Shown: positions 40,428 to 50,457, numbered from the stretch's first letter. The stretch: 64,000 nt of DNA from an uncultured Alphaproteobacteria bacterium (GCA_902524895.1 CABZFH010000002.1:140976-204975); one strand, 5' to 3'. The notes: a model not told the origin generated them from the letters alone. Numbers and translations: made by a program.

Positions 40428-41464
40428 TCAATATCAGACCATTTTACTTGCTTATTAACACTTATTTTTTTACGTGCTTTTTGACCCAGAACTTGATCAA
40501 GCGATTTTGCAGGAACAACATTATTCCCTGGACTTGGCCTTTTTACTGATATGTTTGAATTTGAAAAATTCTCTCCTTTCTTAATATTTTTTATACTTAC
40601 AACACTCTCCCTGGCCCAGGACAAAATTTCTTTTTCTTCGTTATTAATAATTTTTTTACTACCCATAGATTTATAAACTGCATTACAACCATTAACTAAT
40701 TCTTTTAATTCTTCAGGATTTATCGAAGATTTATGATCAGGACCTTCCATAGTTTTGTCTAATGTAAAATGTTTTTCAATTATGCATGCACCTTGCCCAA
40801 CTGCAGCCAATGATGTGTATATCGTCGGTGTATGATCCGATAGTCCAATCGGAATATCAAAGAGTTCAATATATTTTTTTATTAAACCAAGATTCATTAT
40901 TTCATAAGGACAGGGATATGCTGAAACACAGTGCATCAAAGCAAAAGAAACTTTCAATTTTTTTAATAATTTATATGTTTCTTTAACCTCAAACATTTCT
41001 GTCATACCACTAGAAATAATCATCGGTTTTTTTTTACTAGCTATGTGTTTTTGCAAAGGCAAATTAGTATATTCTCCAGATCCAACCTTGATTGCTTGCA
41101 CTCCTATTTCATTTACAAGTTGATCGCATGACTTAAAAGAAAATGGAGTACATAAAAAATCAATTTTTAAATTTTCACTTAAAACCTTTAGTTTTTTTAA
41201 TTGTTCGATACTTAAATTGGTTGAATCTAAAGCCTCATAAAGACTTTTTTTACCAAAATTCTTTGAAATTGGTGTTTCCATAAGCATTTCATCTTCCAAA
41301 ACATGTATTTGAAATTTTACAGCATCACATCCAGAAACTTTGCAAATATGTACCATTTCTGAAGCTAAATCGAAGTTTCCCTGATGATTAATACAGGCCT
41401 CAGCAATAATGTAGGGTTTACTGAAATTTTTTATTACTTTTTTTCCTATTTTTATACTTTTCAT
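40424..41464 (-). CDS. neuB: Nonulosonic acid (N-acetylneuraminate-type) synthase
   Basis: IIAEACINHQG, KFQ, KVGSGE, MHCVSAYP, GLSDHT, IEKHFT, DH..S; C-terminal SAF domain. Confidence 0.92.
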   Translation of the reverse strand: MKSIKIGKKVIKNFSKPYIIAEACINHQGNFDLASEMVHICKVSGCDAVKFQIHVLEDEMLMETPISKNFGKKSLYEALDSTNLSIEQLKKLKVLSENLKIDFLCTPFSFKSCDQLVNEIGVQAIKVGSGEYTNLPLQKHIASKKKPMIISSGMTEMFEVKETYKLLKKLKVSFALMHCVSAYPCPYEIMNLGLIKKYIELFDIPIGLSDHTPTIYTSLAAVGQGACIIEKHFTLDKTMEGPDHKSSINPEELKELVNGCNAVYKSMGSKKIINNEEKEILSWARESVVSIKNIKKGENFSNSNISVKRPSPGNNVVPAKSLDQVLGQKARKKISVNKQVKWSDIE

Positions 41465-41509
41465 GTCATGATATTAACATATTTGCTAATTTTTAAATAA
41501 ATTTTTTGC

Positions 41510-42679
41510 TTAAAAAGTTTTAAGTTTTGAAAAATTAATTTCATCTTCAATATTTTCAACGTGAACACATTTTCCAAAGCTTTTTTTGAAAATATCAGCT
41601 AACGGTTTATTAGTATCAAAATTATTTTCATTAATTTCAATTCTTTTTATTTCATTGACTTGAGAAAAGTCGAATTTTTTTATTATGTATTTGTTATTTT
41701 TAAGTAAAATGATGGCCCCTGACGTATTGAATCTGAGTTTTCTTTTTAATTGTAATCCGCTGCAACCAAATATTGATTCTTCTTCATGAAAACTTAGACC
41801 CCTAATCATGTATTCAGAATTTAATTTCTTAAAAATATTTTGCTTATAAGCTTTTCCATTTAAACGTGGGCCAGCAGAACTACCTTCAAAGTTCCCAAAA
41901 CTGTCGTTAATGAGCAAATTATTCTTAAATAATACTATGTCGTGTACTCCTCTATTTTTATATTCATAAAAATAAATTTTATTTTTATCAATAAAACCAA
42001 TAAGCGAACCACCCTTATTTTTTTTTCCAATTGAGCCGTTATGACAAGTAAATAAAATATTATTGTTATGTAATGATATATTGTTTATATGATTATGATC
42101 AGTACAAATCTTAAATTTAGTTTTATCGGACATGACGAAAATTTCATTGATCTTTTTTTTTGTTTTAAAATCATAATAAAGAATCGAATTCCTTTTTGTA
42201 TTCGCAATCAAAATTAAATTTCTTTTTTTGTCATAACACATTCCATGTATTCTTTCGTTATTATAGCGTGTTTCAAAAGAAATTAATCTTTTTAAATTTA
42301 ACAAAATCTTTTTTTTACAGCAAATCTCTGCTTGCAAAATTGAAGAGTGCCTGCCAGTAAACACAGAAAAAAATATTATTTTTTCATTAATACATAATCC
42401 ATGAACATCTCCTTTATATAACCTGAATATTTTACTTTTTTCTAACAAATAAATTCCTTTATTTGTTGAAATTAAGTATTTAAAAGAGGGGAATAAATCA
42501 CTCGAAAAGACTTCTATTTTAGCTATTTGTTTTTGCTTTAAAGAAATAATTAAATTTCTCAAAAGTTTTACTTCATGGATAATTTCCCCTACAACATGTT
42601 TAAATTCATCAGAAAATACTACGACAAAAAAGTCTCTGATAAATAAAAAAAAAAATTTAAAATTTCTTACTAGTTTCAT
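41510..42679 (-). CDS. Hypothetical protein, probable beta-propeller (DUF4915-like)
   Basis: Repeated HG/HD/RG blade-like motifs (DVHGL, RIHGM, NHINNI, GVHDI, IRGLSF). Confidence 0.5.
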   Translation of the reverse strand: MKLVRNFKFFFLFIRDFFVVVFSDEFKHVVGEIIHEVKLLRNLIISLKQKQIAKIEVFSSDLFPSFKYLISTNKGIYLLEKSKIFRLYKGDVHGLCINEKIIFFSVFTGRHSSILQAEICCKKKILLNLKRLISFETRYNNERIHGMCYDKKRNLILIANTKRNSILYYDFKTKKKINEIFVMSDKTKFKICTDHNHINNISLHNNNILFTCHNGSIGKKNKGGSLIGFIDKNKIYFYEYKNRGVHDIVLFKNNLLINDSFGNFEGSSAGPRLNGKAYKQNIFKKLNSEYMIRGLSFHEEESIFGCSGLQLKRKLRFNTSGAIILLKNNKYIIKKFDFSQVNEIKRIEINENNFDTNKPLADIFKKSFGKCVHVENIEDEINFSKLKTF

Positions 42680-44442
42680 AAATTTAAAAATTTTTTGAGA
42701 TTTAAATCTTTCCTTCTTAAATTAATATATTTGTCATTAGCTAAAATTTTTCCGTTTTCAATGTAGACTATATAATCAGAATTCTGTATCAATGAAATCG
42801 AGTGAGAGATGCATATGATGGTGAAATTTTTCGACAACTTATTTATTACATTAATAACTTGTTTTTCAGCCTCAGGATCTAATGCATTTGTTGGTTCGTC
42901 CAATATAATTATTTTAGGCTTTTGTAGTAAAGTTCTAGCTAGTGATAATCTTTGTAATTGGCCTCCAGAAAAATTTTCACCATTATCCTTTATAATAGTA
43001 TTTTCTTTTTTTTCTAATTTACTTACAAACTCATCAGAATTGGAAAGTTCTAGAGCCTCTTGAATATCCTTATCATGCAAATTTAATAATCCATATGTAA
43101 GATTTTCTTTTATCGATCCATAAAAAAAGTAGGGTTTTTGAGGAACCATACCTATTAATTTTCTGTATGTCTTTATATCAATTTCCTTAATTGATTTCCC
43201 ATCAATAAAAATATTTCCCCCATCGTAATCGATTAATCTTAATAATAAATTAACAATGGTTGTTTTTCCAGAACCTGATTTACCAATGATTGTAGTCTTC
43301 TTTTTAAAAAAAAATTCTATATTATTTTTTATAAGAATTTTACTTTTATTAAATGAAAATGAAACATTTTTAAAAAGAATTGATTTTTTTAATTCAAAAA
43401 TCTCTTTTTTTCCTTCGTATTTCTCACAATATTTATAAGAATCTTTTCCATAGGAAAGTATCCTCTTCAATATTTCATTAGAATGAATTAACTTTAATAA
43501 AGCAGTATTTGATTTAATTACATTATTAGCAAGTTTACTCATTATATACAAAAAAAGCGCAAGCTCAGAGGTTGAAATATTGAAGAAACTATAGCCACAA
43601 TAAACAATTACAATTACGCCAATAATTAAAGTACAATTTCCAATAGAGCTATTAAGATGAACTCTTTTGTGATGTTCAAAATAGAGACTTTTTATATTTT
43701 GTGAAATCTTTTGAAAACCTTCTAAAAAAAAGGATTCAATGTTGCGTGTTTTTATGACCTTATAGGAATTAAATAATTCAATATTTTTTTTGTTTAAATT
43801 ATTAATACTTACTGAGTATAATGATGAGATTTTTTGGAAATTAATTGAAAATACTTTTAAAACTATAAAAGAAAGAGATATTAATCCAATTGTAAACAAT
43901 GTCATCTGAATTGAAATTGTAAAAAATATAAAAATATATAGAAAAGAAAGGATTACAGATGACATGATTTCAAAAAAATGTCTAAATATAATTACTGCTT
44001 GGTTAAGTTGGGTAAGAGAAAAGTTCAAATCGCCCTGAGAATGTTTTACAAAGAATGTAACGGAAGATCTTAAATATCCATTTATCAAGTGCTCTCTTAA
44101 TTTAAACTCTGCATTTGTCTCTACCCAAGAATAATAAGTCATCTTTGTGAACTCAACAGAATATCTTAAAATAATTAATATAGATGTAACAATGCAAAGG
44201 TTTAGAAAATTGTAACTTAAATTTGTATATAAAAATGCTTGATTAAGAAAATTGCTAACTTCGTTATTTATATTTGATTTATCTAAAAATATTATAATCT
44301 CAAAAATCAAAGCAATTCCTAGACCTTCAACTGCCGCATAAAAAATTGACAAGAATATAATTAAAAATACTGCTAACGAATTTATCTCAGTAATTTTAAA
44401 AAAATTTAGTAAACTATCTATATTTAATTTTCTAAAATACAT
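42676..44442 (-). CDS. ABC exporter (TMD plus NBD, MsbA/PglK-like glycan flippase)
   Basis: TM N-terminus; GKSGSGKTT, FSGGQLQR, ILDEPTNALD, ISH. Confidence 0.9.
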   Translation of the reverse strand: MYFRKLNIDSLLNFFKITEINSLAVFLIIFLSIFYAAVEGLGIALIFEIIIFLDKSNINNEVSNFLNQAFLYTNLSYNFLNLCIVTSILIILRYSVEFTKMTYYSWVETNAEFKLREHLINGYLRSSVTFFVKHSQGDLNFSLTQLNQAVIIFRHFFEIMSSVILSFLYIFIFFTISIQMTLFTIGLISLSFIVLKVFSINFQKISSLYSVSINNLNKKNIELFNSYKVIKTRNIESFFLEGFQKISQNIKSLYFEHHKRVHLNSSIGNCTLIIGVIVIVYCGYSFFNISTSELALFLYIMSKLANNVIKSNTALLKLIHSNEILKRILSYGKDSYKYCEKYEGKKEIFELKKSILFKNVSFSFNKSKILIKNNIEFFFKKKTTIIGKSGSGKTTIVNLLLRLIDYDGGNIFIDGKSIKEIDIKTYRKLIGMVPQKPYFFYGSIKENLTYGLLNLHDKDIQEALELSNSDEFVSKLEKKENTIIKDNGENFSGGQLQRLSLARTLLQKPKIIILDEPTNALDPEAEKQVINVINKLSKNFTIICISHSISLIQNSDYIVYIENGKILANDKYINLRRKDLNLKKFLNL

Positions 44443-44445
44443 TTT

Positions 44446-44760
44446 TTATAAAAAACCATTTGATTTCTTAAAAGAATCTTTTGTTCCAATGTCATATAGA
44501 AAATTTGCATTTGGCCAACAAAAAAAATTCTTATCTTCAGAAAAAGATCGTCTATCTTTTTAAAAGAAGGGTTTCTCTCTTCTTTCTTCTGTAAATACTT
44601 CTTTTCTTATTATATATACACCACAATTGATTATGCCTTTAGATAAGTGTTTCTTTTCTTTAATTTCCATGACACTCATGTCATTATCAATAATAATGAT
44701 CCCAAACTTATAGCAATTATTAGTTTTGCACCCTACAGAAAAATATTCCACCTAATAAAT
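44446..44760 (-). pseudogene. Remnant C-terminal half of a sugar-1-phosphate nucleotidyltransferase (HddC/GmhD-like)
   Basis: FGII...IKEK...INCGVYI, then frameshifted YDIGTKDSF; N-terminus missing; 44760-45095 is an unassigned decayed fragment. Confidence 0.7.
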
Positions 44761-45095
44761 AAATAATATTTATAATTTTGACTGCATCAATACTCAAATC
44801 AAAACTGTGATTTTTTTTTGAAATCTGACAAACTATCTGACCAAATAGTTCTGTTAATCGCTGTATTTGTATTTAAAACAAATTTTTCATAGCTTTTTGA
44901 GTGGGAAAATAGAGCAAACTTGTCATTCCTAAGCTATTTATTATTAGAATTCTCTTATTAAAGTCAGATAAATTAATACAATACTATCTTGCTTTAACAT
45001 CAGGTTTTGTTTTAAAAGTTCAAAAAGTGTTGTGTTTCCAGCTTCCCCTTCACTTTCTAACGGACAAATTGATGTTAAATAAATTATTGTCAAAA

Positions 45096-46343
45096 CTAAA
45101 TAATTTTTGGATTTGGAAGAGGAATAATAAACTTTCCTCTAAAACCTTTTTTTCTAAATATTTTAATTAATTCACCCTTTATATGCCATGAAAGAATCAA
45201 AAGATAATCCGGTTTAATTTTTTTCATTATATCTTCATCTACAACCGGTATTAATGTTCCAGGTAAATATTTATTTAATTTATTTGAATTTTTTACTTCT
45301 AAAATATAACTTATTAGATTTTCATCGATTCCAGTAAAGTTTATTAATGTTGTGGCTCTTGAAGGTGCTCCAATTCCAAAGATTATTTTTTTTTTTTGCT
45401 TTAAATTGATTAATAATTTTAAAAGTTTAAATTTTGATTTTATTACTTTATCACAAAATTCTTCATAATACGCGCGACTGTTAACACCGCTAATTTTTTC
45501 TTCTTCTAGAATTTTCTTTAAGTTAGAGGTTTTTTTTAAAAGTCCTTTTTGTGAAACAAATACTCTAATTGAACCTCCGTGCGTTGGTATTTTTTTTGCG
45601 TGAAAAATCTCAAGATCATTTAAACGAAATAGCTTATCAAGAGCGGATAGATGATAATATCTTAAATGTTCGTGATATATTGTGTCATATTGCAATGTTT
45701 TTATAAGAGAAATTAGATAATGAGACTCAGTAACAAAAACCGAATTTTTATCCATTATTTTTTTAATTAATTTGATCAAAGAATTAGGTTCTTCAATATG
45801 AGCAAAAACATTAGTTGCGGTTATAACTCTAGGTCTTTTATGATTAATCAAAATTTTTTTAACAGTTTCTTCATTAAAATAATCTATTATTGTTTCAATT
45901 CCATTTTCATTTGCTATTTGTCCTGCTTGAGAAGGTTCAACCCCTAAAGTAAATAATCCATTTTTTTTAAATGAGTCAAGCAGCGTTCCGTCATTAGAAC
46001 CAATATCTAAAACTAGATCATCTTTTTTTAAACTCAACATTTGGTTACATTCATTATATAGATCTAGGAAATTTTCTTTTAATATCTTTGTTGTCCCTGA
46101 CAAATATGGATAGGTAAATGGAAATAATACTTTCTTTTCAACTATTGTATCAATCTGAACATGATGGCATGAATCACATTTTACTAAGTTTAAAGGAAAA
46201 TTAAAATTTTCAGAATTTATTAATCCTATACTATCCATATTATTTACAGGTGGAATAAAACCAAAAAACATTATATTTCTGATTTTTTTTGAATTACAAA
46301 TCTGACAACATATTATTTTCCTTGCCATCTTATTATTTTTCAT
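45096..46343 (-). CDS. NDP-sugar C-methyltransferase (3-C-methyltransferase family)
   Basis: Zn-binding CQIC...CDSC, YPY.S, DIGSNDG, NVFAH, YDTIYHEHL.Y, THGGSIR, GAPSRA, LSWH. Confidence 0.9.
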   Translation of the reverse strand: MKNNKMARKIICCQICNSKKIRNIMFFGFIPPVNNMDSIGLINSENFNFPLNLVKCDSCHHVQIDTIVEKKVLFPFTYPYLSGTTKILKENFLDLYNECNQMLSLKKDDLVLDIGSNDGTLLDSFKKNGLFTLGVEPSQAGQIANENGIETIIDYFNEETVKKILINHKRPRVITATNVFAHIEEPNSLIKLIKKIMDKNSVFVTESHYLISLIKTLQYDTIYHEHLRYYHLSALDKLFRLNDLEIFHAKKIPTHGGSIRVFVSQKGLLKKTSNLKKILEEEKISGVNSRAYYEEFCDKVIKSKFKLLKLLINLKQKKKIIFGIGAPSRATTLINFTGIDENLISYILEVKNSNKLNKYLPGTLIPVVDEDIMKKIKPDYLLILSWHIKGELIKIFRKKGFRGKFIIPLPNPKII

Positions 46344-47283
46344 TTTTTAAATACCAATTTACTACTTTTATTAGTCCATCTTTAAGTTCAGTTCTTTTTT
46401 TATAACCTAATTCGGTAATTTTTGAGGTTTCAGGACAGCGCCTTGTAGTCTCCCCTTTTGGGTTCTCCATAGTTTGTATTTTTAAATCTAATTGCATTAT
46501 TTTTAAAATTTCTTTCACTAATTCAATAATCGTAATTTCTTCACTATTTCCAATATGATAAATATTTCTATGCATCCCTTTAAACATTAAAGTTGTAAGA
46601 GCTTCGGTAAAATCGTCAATAAAAATAAACGCCCTCTTTTGTTTTCCATTACCTTTTATTCTAAAGTAACCTTTATTAGATTTCTTTGATTCTTTAATAT
46701 TGTTGATAATTTGTGGTATAACATGTTCCCATCCCATGTCAGGTCCATAAACATTGTGAGGTCTAAAAATAATCATTTTTTCAAAAAAATCTTTATAATA
46801 ATTTAAACATATTAATTCAGAAATAATCTTACCCCCTCCATATGAATACCTGGGATTAAAAATATCAGGAATAATTAATTCAACGTCTTCTCTAGTTGGA
46901 ATAGTTTTTGGAGTTTGGTAAACTTCAGAACTCGAAGCTAGAATAAAAAATTTAATATTATTTTTTTTACTTGCTTCAATTGAATTAAGTATACCCCTGA
47001 CGGAAACGTCTAGAACTTCTTGAGGTTTTTTATAAAATAGTTCTGTACCATTTATGGCTGCAAGATGGATAAAGACGTTATGACCAGCAGAGGCCTGAAT
47101 AACTTTTTCTTCTGACCTTATATCACCATCAATAAATTTAATTTTATGTTGAATATCTTCTAATCTTTTCAAATTTCCACGTGAGCAATTATCAAATACT
47201 GTAACGTTTCTTTTTTCTGAAACTAATTTTTTAACTAAGCTTGCCCCTAAAAAACCGGCACCACCTGTAATGAAATACTTCAT
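46333..47283 (-). CDS. Extended SDR, UDP-uronate decarboxylase/epimerase-like
   Basis: ITGGAGFLG, HLAAINGT, ASSSEVY, NPRYSYGGGK, RPHNVYGP. Confidence 0.82.
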   Translation of the reverse strand: MKYFITGGAGFLGASLVKKLVSEKRNVTVFDNCSRGNLKRLEDIQHKIKFIDGDIRSEEKVIQASAGHNVFIHLAAINGTELFYKKPQEVLDVSVRGILNSIEASKKNNIKFFILASSSEVYQTPKTIPTREDVELIIPDIFNPRYSYGGGKIISELICLNYYKDFFEKMIIFRPHNVYGPDMGWEHVIPQIINNIKESKKSNKGYFRIKGNGKQKRAFIFIDDFTEALTTLMFKGMHRNIYHIGNSEEITIIELVKEILKIMQLDLKIQTMENPKGETTRRCPETSKITELGYKKRTELKDGLIKVVNWYLKNEK

Positions 47284-48647
47284 TTAATTTCTTTAATTGC
47301 TTTTCCCAATTCTCCAAGACCAACGTATTTTATTTTCTCGGGAAAATTTATTTGTTGATTGCTAAAATTATTCCAATAATCAAAAATTACACCTGGCTTT
47401 TTCATTATTTCTGAGAGACTTGTAATTGGAATATTAGCAAATAAAGGGTGATTATTACAAATTATAAATAAAGAGCATTGGGAAAAAGCCTTTTTAATTG
47501 AATCTGAATATTCAAACTTTAAGTTCTTAAAATGATCTTTTAGTTCTTTCTCAGTCACTATTGGGTCAAATAGATTAATTGTACAATTTTTAAAATTCCT
47601 TAAAACTTCTTTTATAATTGGAGATGCCATGGTTCCTCTCAAATCATTAGTTTCTGGATCACCTTTAAAAGCCATGCCTGCAAGTGTAATATGGATTCTC
47701 TCAGAGGTAAAATATTGTTCACAAAAATGTTTGAGAGTTTTAATTGATTTTTTTGGCTGATTTTTATTTATGAGTCTAGAACTCATGATTATTTTGGGTG
47801 AATAATTTTCTTTTCCCAAACAGCTATCTAATATATAGGAGTCCTTTTCTAGACAAGGTCCACCTACCGGTCCGGGGATTGGAAGATTTGTTCTAGAATA
47901 ACCAAGTTTTCCTGAATTAATAACTTCAAAGGCGGATACGCCAAGTTTGTCAGATATTTCAGCAATTTCGTTAGACAACGCAAAGTTTACGTCACGTTGG
48001 CAATTATCAATAAGTTTAATTAGCTCAGCGGTTTCTAGAGAAGAAACTCTTACAACTGTAGGTGTCATCAGACTAAAAAATTGAGAAACTCTATTTGTTG
48101 TTTTTGGATCATTAGAACCTACAATCTGAGGTAAATTTCTTAGTTCTATCATAGCTTTTCCCTCAATTGTTCTTTCTGGACAAAAAGCTATTTCATAATC
48201 CTTATGACTTTTATCAAAAACTTCATTTTTCATTTTCTCCGTTGTTCCAACTTCAACCGTAGATCTCAAAATAATTAAATCGCCTTTTTTTAAAAATCTA
48301 CTAATTTCTTCACAGACATTCTTCATCATTAAACTGTTGACCTGATCGTATTGATTAATTGGCGTTCCAACAGTGACTATGTAAACAGATACACCAAATT
48401 TCTGGTGAATATTCTTAAATAATTTTAATTTTTTTGATTTAACAACTGAACTTAATCTCCCATCAAGTCCAGTTTCTAAAAAATGTGCCTTACCTTGCTT
48501 TAACTTTCTTAAATTTTTTTCATTAATTTCAACACCAAAAACTTCATATCCAATTTCACATAATGTAACGGCTAATGTTAAACCTACATAGCCCAATCCC
48601 AAAATACAGACTTTTTTGTCAGGTATTAATTTTTCCTTAATAGTCAT
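47280..48647 (-). CDS. Nucleotide-sugar 6-dehydrogenase (WecC/Ugd family)
   Basis: GLGYVGL, VGTP, LRST, CPER, ELIKL..N, GGPCLEKD, AFK; start set at ATG 48647 rather than TTG 48692. Confidence 0.9.
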   Translation of the reverse strand: MTIKEKLIPDKKVCILGLGYVGLTLAVTLCEIGYEVFGVEINEKNLRKLKQGKAHFLETGLDGRLSSVVKSKKLKLFKNIHQKFGVSVYIVTVGTPINQYDQVNSLMMKNVCEEISRFLKKGDLIILRSTVEVGTTEKMKNEVFDKSHKDYEIAFCPERTIEGKAMIELRNLPQIVGSNDPKTTNRVSQFFSLMTPTVVRVSSLETAELIKLIDNCQRDVNFALSNEIAEISDKLGVSAFEVINSGKLGYSRTNLPIPGPVGGPCLEKDSYILDSCLGKENYSPKIIMSSRLINKNQPKKSIKTLKHFCEQYFTSERIHITLAGMAFKGDPETNDLRGTMASPIIKEVLRNFKNCTINLFDPIVTEKELKDHFKNLKFEYSDSIKKAFSQCSLFIICNNHPLFANIPITSLSEIMKKPGVIFDYWNNFSNQQINFPEKIKYVGLGELGKAIKEIK

Positions 48648-48673
48648 TTGAATTTTATATATATGGTTTTTAC

Positions 48674-48686
48674 AATGGCTACCGCA
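48674..48686 (-). promoter_or_regulatory. ops-like RfaH recruitment element (tGCGGTAGCcatt)
   Basis: GCGGTAGC at 48678-48685 on the coding strand, in the 90-bp gap between rfaH and the first biosynthetic gene; matches the ops core GGCGGTAGnnTG at positions 2-8. Confidence 0.62.
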
Positions 48687-48737
48687 GTTCAACTTTTTAA
48701 GTTAAACAAAAAATCAAAGAAAACCAAAGAATACTAA

Positions 48738-49223
48738 TTAAAATAGGATCTGATAATTATTTATTTTTACCTTGATTTTTCTTTTTAAAATATCCAATAA
48801 AACAAATGATCGCTTTGAGTCTATTAACTCTAAAAATTCTGCATCAAAAGCAAAATTATTAGACTTTATAAACTTAATATTATCACCTGATTTTAAAGTT
48901 TTTAATTCACTAAAAAAACCGTTTGAATCGCATTTATTTTTAATTTCATTAAAAATTGAATTAGGTATGTAGCACAACTTTTCATTAATTTTCATAATTT
49001 TACGAACACCAAAGGTATAATCAATTTTGGACCAGCTTTGCTTGCTTTTCAAGTTTACAAAAATATATCCTGGAAATAGAGGTTTTGTAATTTTTTTAAG
49101 TCTATTAAATTTCATTGATACTTTTAAAATTTTTGGTAGAAAACACAAATATCCTTGCCTAACTAAATTAGATTGAGCTTTATGCTCACAATTAACTTTA
49201 GTTTGAACTACTAGCCATTTCAT
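48738..49223 (-). CDS. rfaH: RfaH-like NusG paralogue (transcription antiterminator)
   Basis: W.VVQTK..E.KA..NL.RQGY..FLP, PLFPGYIFV, TFGV, KOW-like C-terminus; 161 aa. Confidence 0.85.
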   Translation of the reverse strand: MKWLVVQTKVNCEHKAQSNLVRQGYLCFLPKILKVSMKFNRLKKITKPLFPGYIFVNLKSKQSWSKIDYTFGVRKIMKINEKLCYIPNSIFNEIKNKCDSNGFFSELKTLKSGDNIKFIKSNNFAFDAEFLELIDSKRSFVLLDILKRKIKVKINNYQILF

Positions 49224-49852
49224 CTTGAATCCATCATCAAAAATTTAGGTTTATAAATTTTGTAACTTTTTAAATATTCAAAAGTGTCTATAGGTCTTTC
49301 CAATTCAGTTAACAAAAAGCAGGTATTAATATGATTAAATTTTTTTTTATTTAAATTATTAATAATTTTAATACCAGAAAAACTTTTTTTTTTATAATTA
49401 GGGGAATATACATAATTTACACTTATGCCTGAATTTACACCAGCCAGTATAGCTATTTCTGCTAGCTCTGAGCTGCCGGCCAGAATGATATATTTGTAAT
49501 TTTTTGCATTTATCTCTTTAAAAAAGCTTTCATATTCTTTTCTAGAATTAGAATAAAATTGTAAAGATGATTCTAAATATTCTCTTGTTAACTTTGTTTT
49601 CTCGAGCATTCCTTTTGGAGTTAAATAATACAGATATCTTTTCATTGGTGCTTGTTTTAGTTTCAAGAATCCCTTTTTGACAAGCCTTTTTATTAATGTA
49701 TTTGCCATACCTAAAGCTACATTTAATTCTTTCGAAATAATTCTTTGTGTCAAATTTTCAACATTTTGAATTTTATTTAGAAGTTCAAGTTCTAATTTTA
49801 AGAGTTTCTTGCTATTTGTGTTCATGATGTGAACATTATATTTATTATTCAT
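49220..49852 (-). CDS. MarR-type winged-helix regulator (EPS-associated)
   Basis: LTQR.IS.EL.VALG.AN..IKRLV.KG, RYLYYLTPKG..EK..LT; C-terminal Rossmann-like domain. Confidence 0.85.
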   Translation of the reverse strand: MNNKYNVHIMNTNSKKLLKLELELLNKIQNVENLTQRIISKELNVALGMANTLIKRLVKKGFLKLKQAPMKRYLYYLTPKGMLEKTKLTREYLESSLQFYSNSRKEYESFFKEINAKNYKYIILAGSSELAEIAILAGVNSGISVNYVYSPNYKKKSFSGIKIINNLNKKKFNHINTCFLLTELERPIDTFEYLKSYKIYKPKFLMMDSR

Positions 49853-49920
49853 TTTAAGTCAATAGCTTTCACAGCTAGATATAATGTATATTCTAATTTT
49901 TTGTTGAACTAAAAAATAAT

Positions 49921-50457
49921 TCAAATCAATTCTTTAATTTTAGCCAAGAGCAAAAATGACAGATGTGGAGAATGTGTAAACTTATTATCTAAGGCCATAT
50001 TGAGGCATTGATCAATGTCCATAGTAACAGTTTTTATACCTTCAGTATTCTTTCCATTTGTGGCTAAATTGATTTCTTTTGTAAAGTATCCAAACGCTTT
50101 ATTTTTAATTCTTCCATAATCAACATCAATTTTTCCTATTAACTTTATATCCCCTTCGATCATATAGCCTGTTTCTTCAAATAATTCTTTTATTACTGTT
50201 TTTTTTGGCCCCTCATCTGACTCAACAATTCCACCTGGTAATTCAAGAGTAGTTTTATTAACTGCAGGTCTAAACTGCTCTACTAATACAATTTCTCTAC
50301 TATTATTAATAGCTATTATTGAGGTATAATCATGAAGTTCAAATGAATGATAATCTTCAACCTGATTATTATACTCAACAGAATTTGTGGTTAACGTAAC
50401 CCAATTTGACAACACAGATTTTTTCACATTTGTGATTTTCATATTTTTAATACTCAC
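49921..50457 (-). CDS. NUDIX hydrolase (NDP-sugar pyrophosphatase-like)
   Basis: VEQFRP, LELPGG, Nudix box G.....E........ELFEETGY. Confidence 0.85.
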   Translation of the reverse strand: MSIKNMKITNVKKSVLSNWVTLTTNSVEYNNQVEDYHSFELHDYTSIIAINNSREIVLVEQFRPAVNKTTLELPGGIVESDEGPKKTVIKELFEETGYMIEGDIKLIGKIDVDYGRIKNKAFGYFTKEINLATNGKNTEGIKTVTMDIDQCLNMALDNKFTHSPHLSFLLLAKIKELI

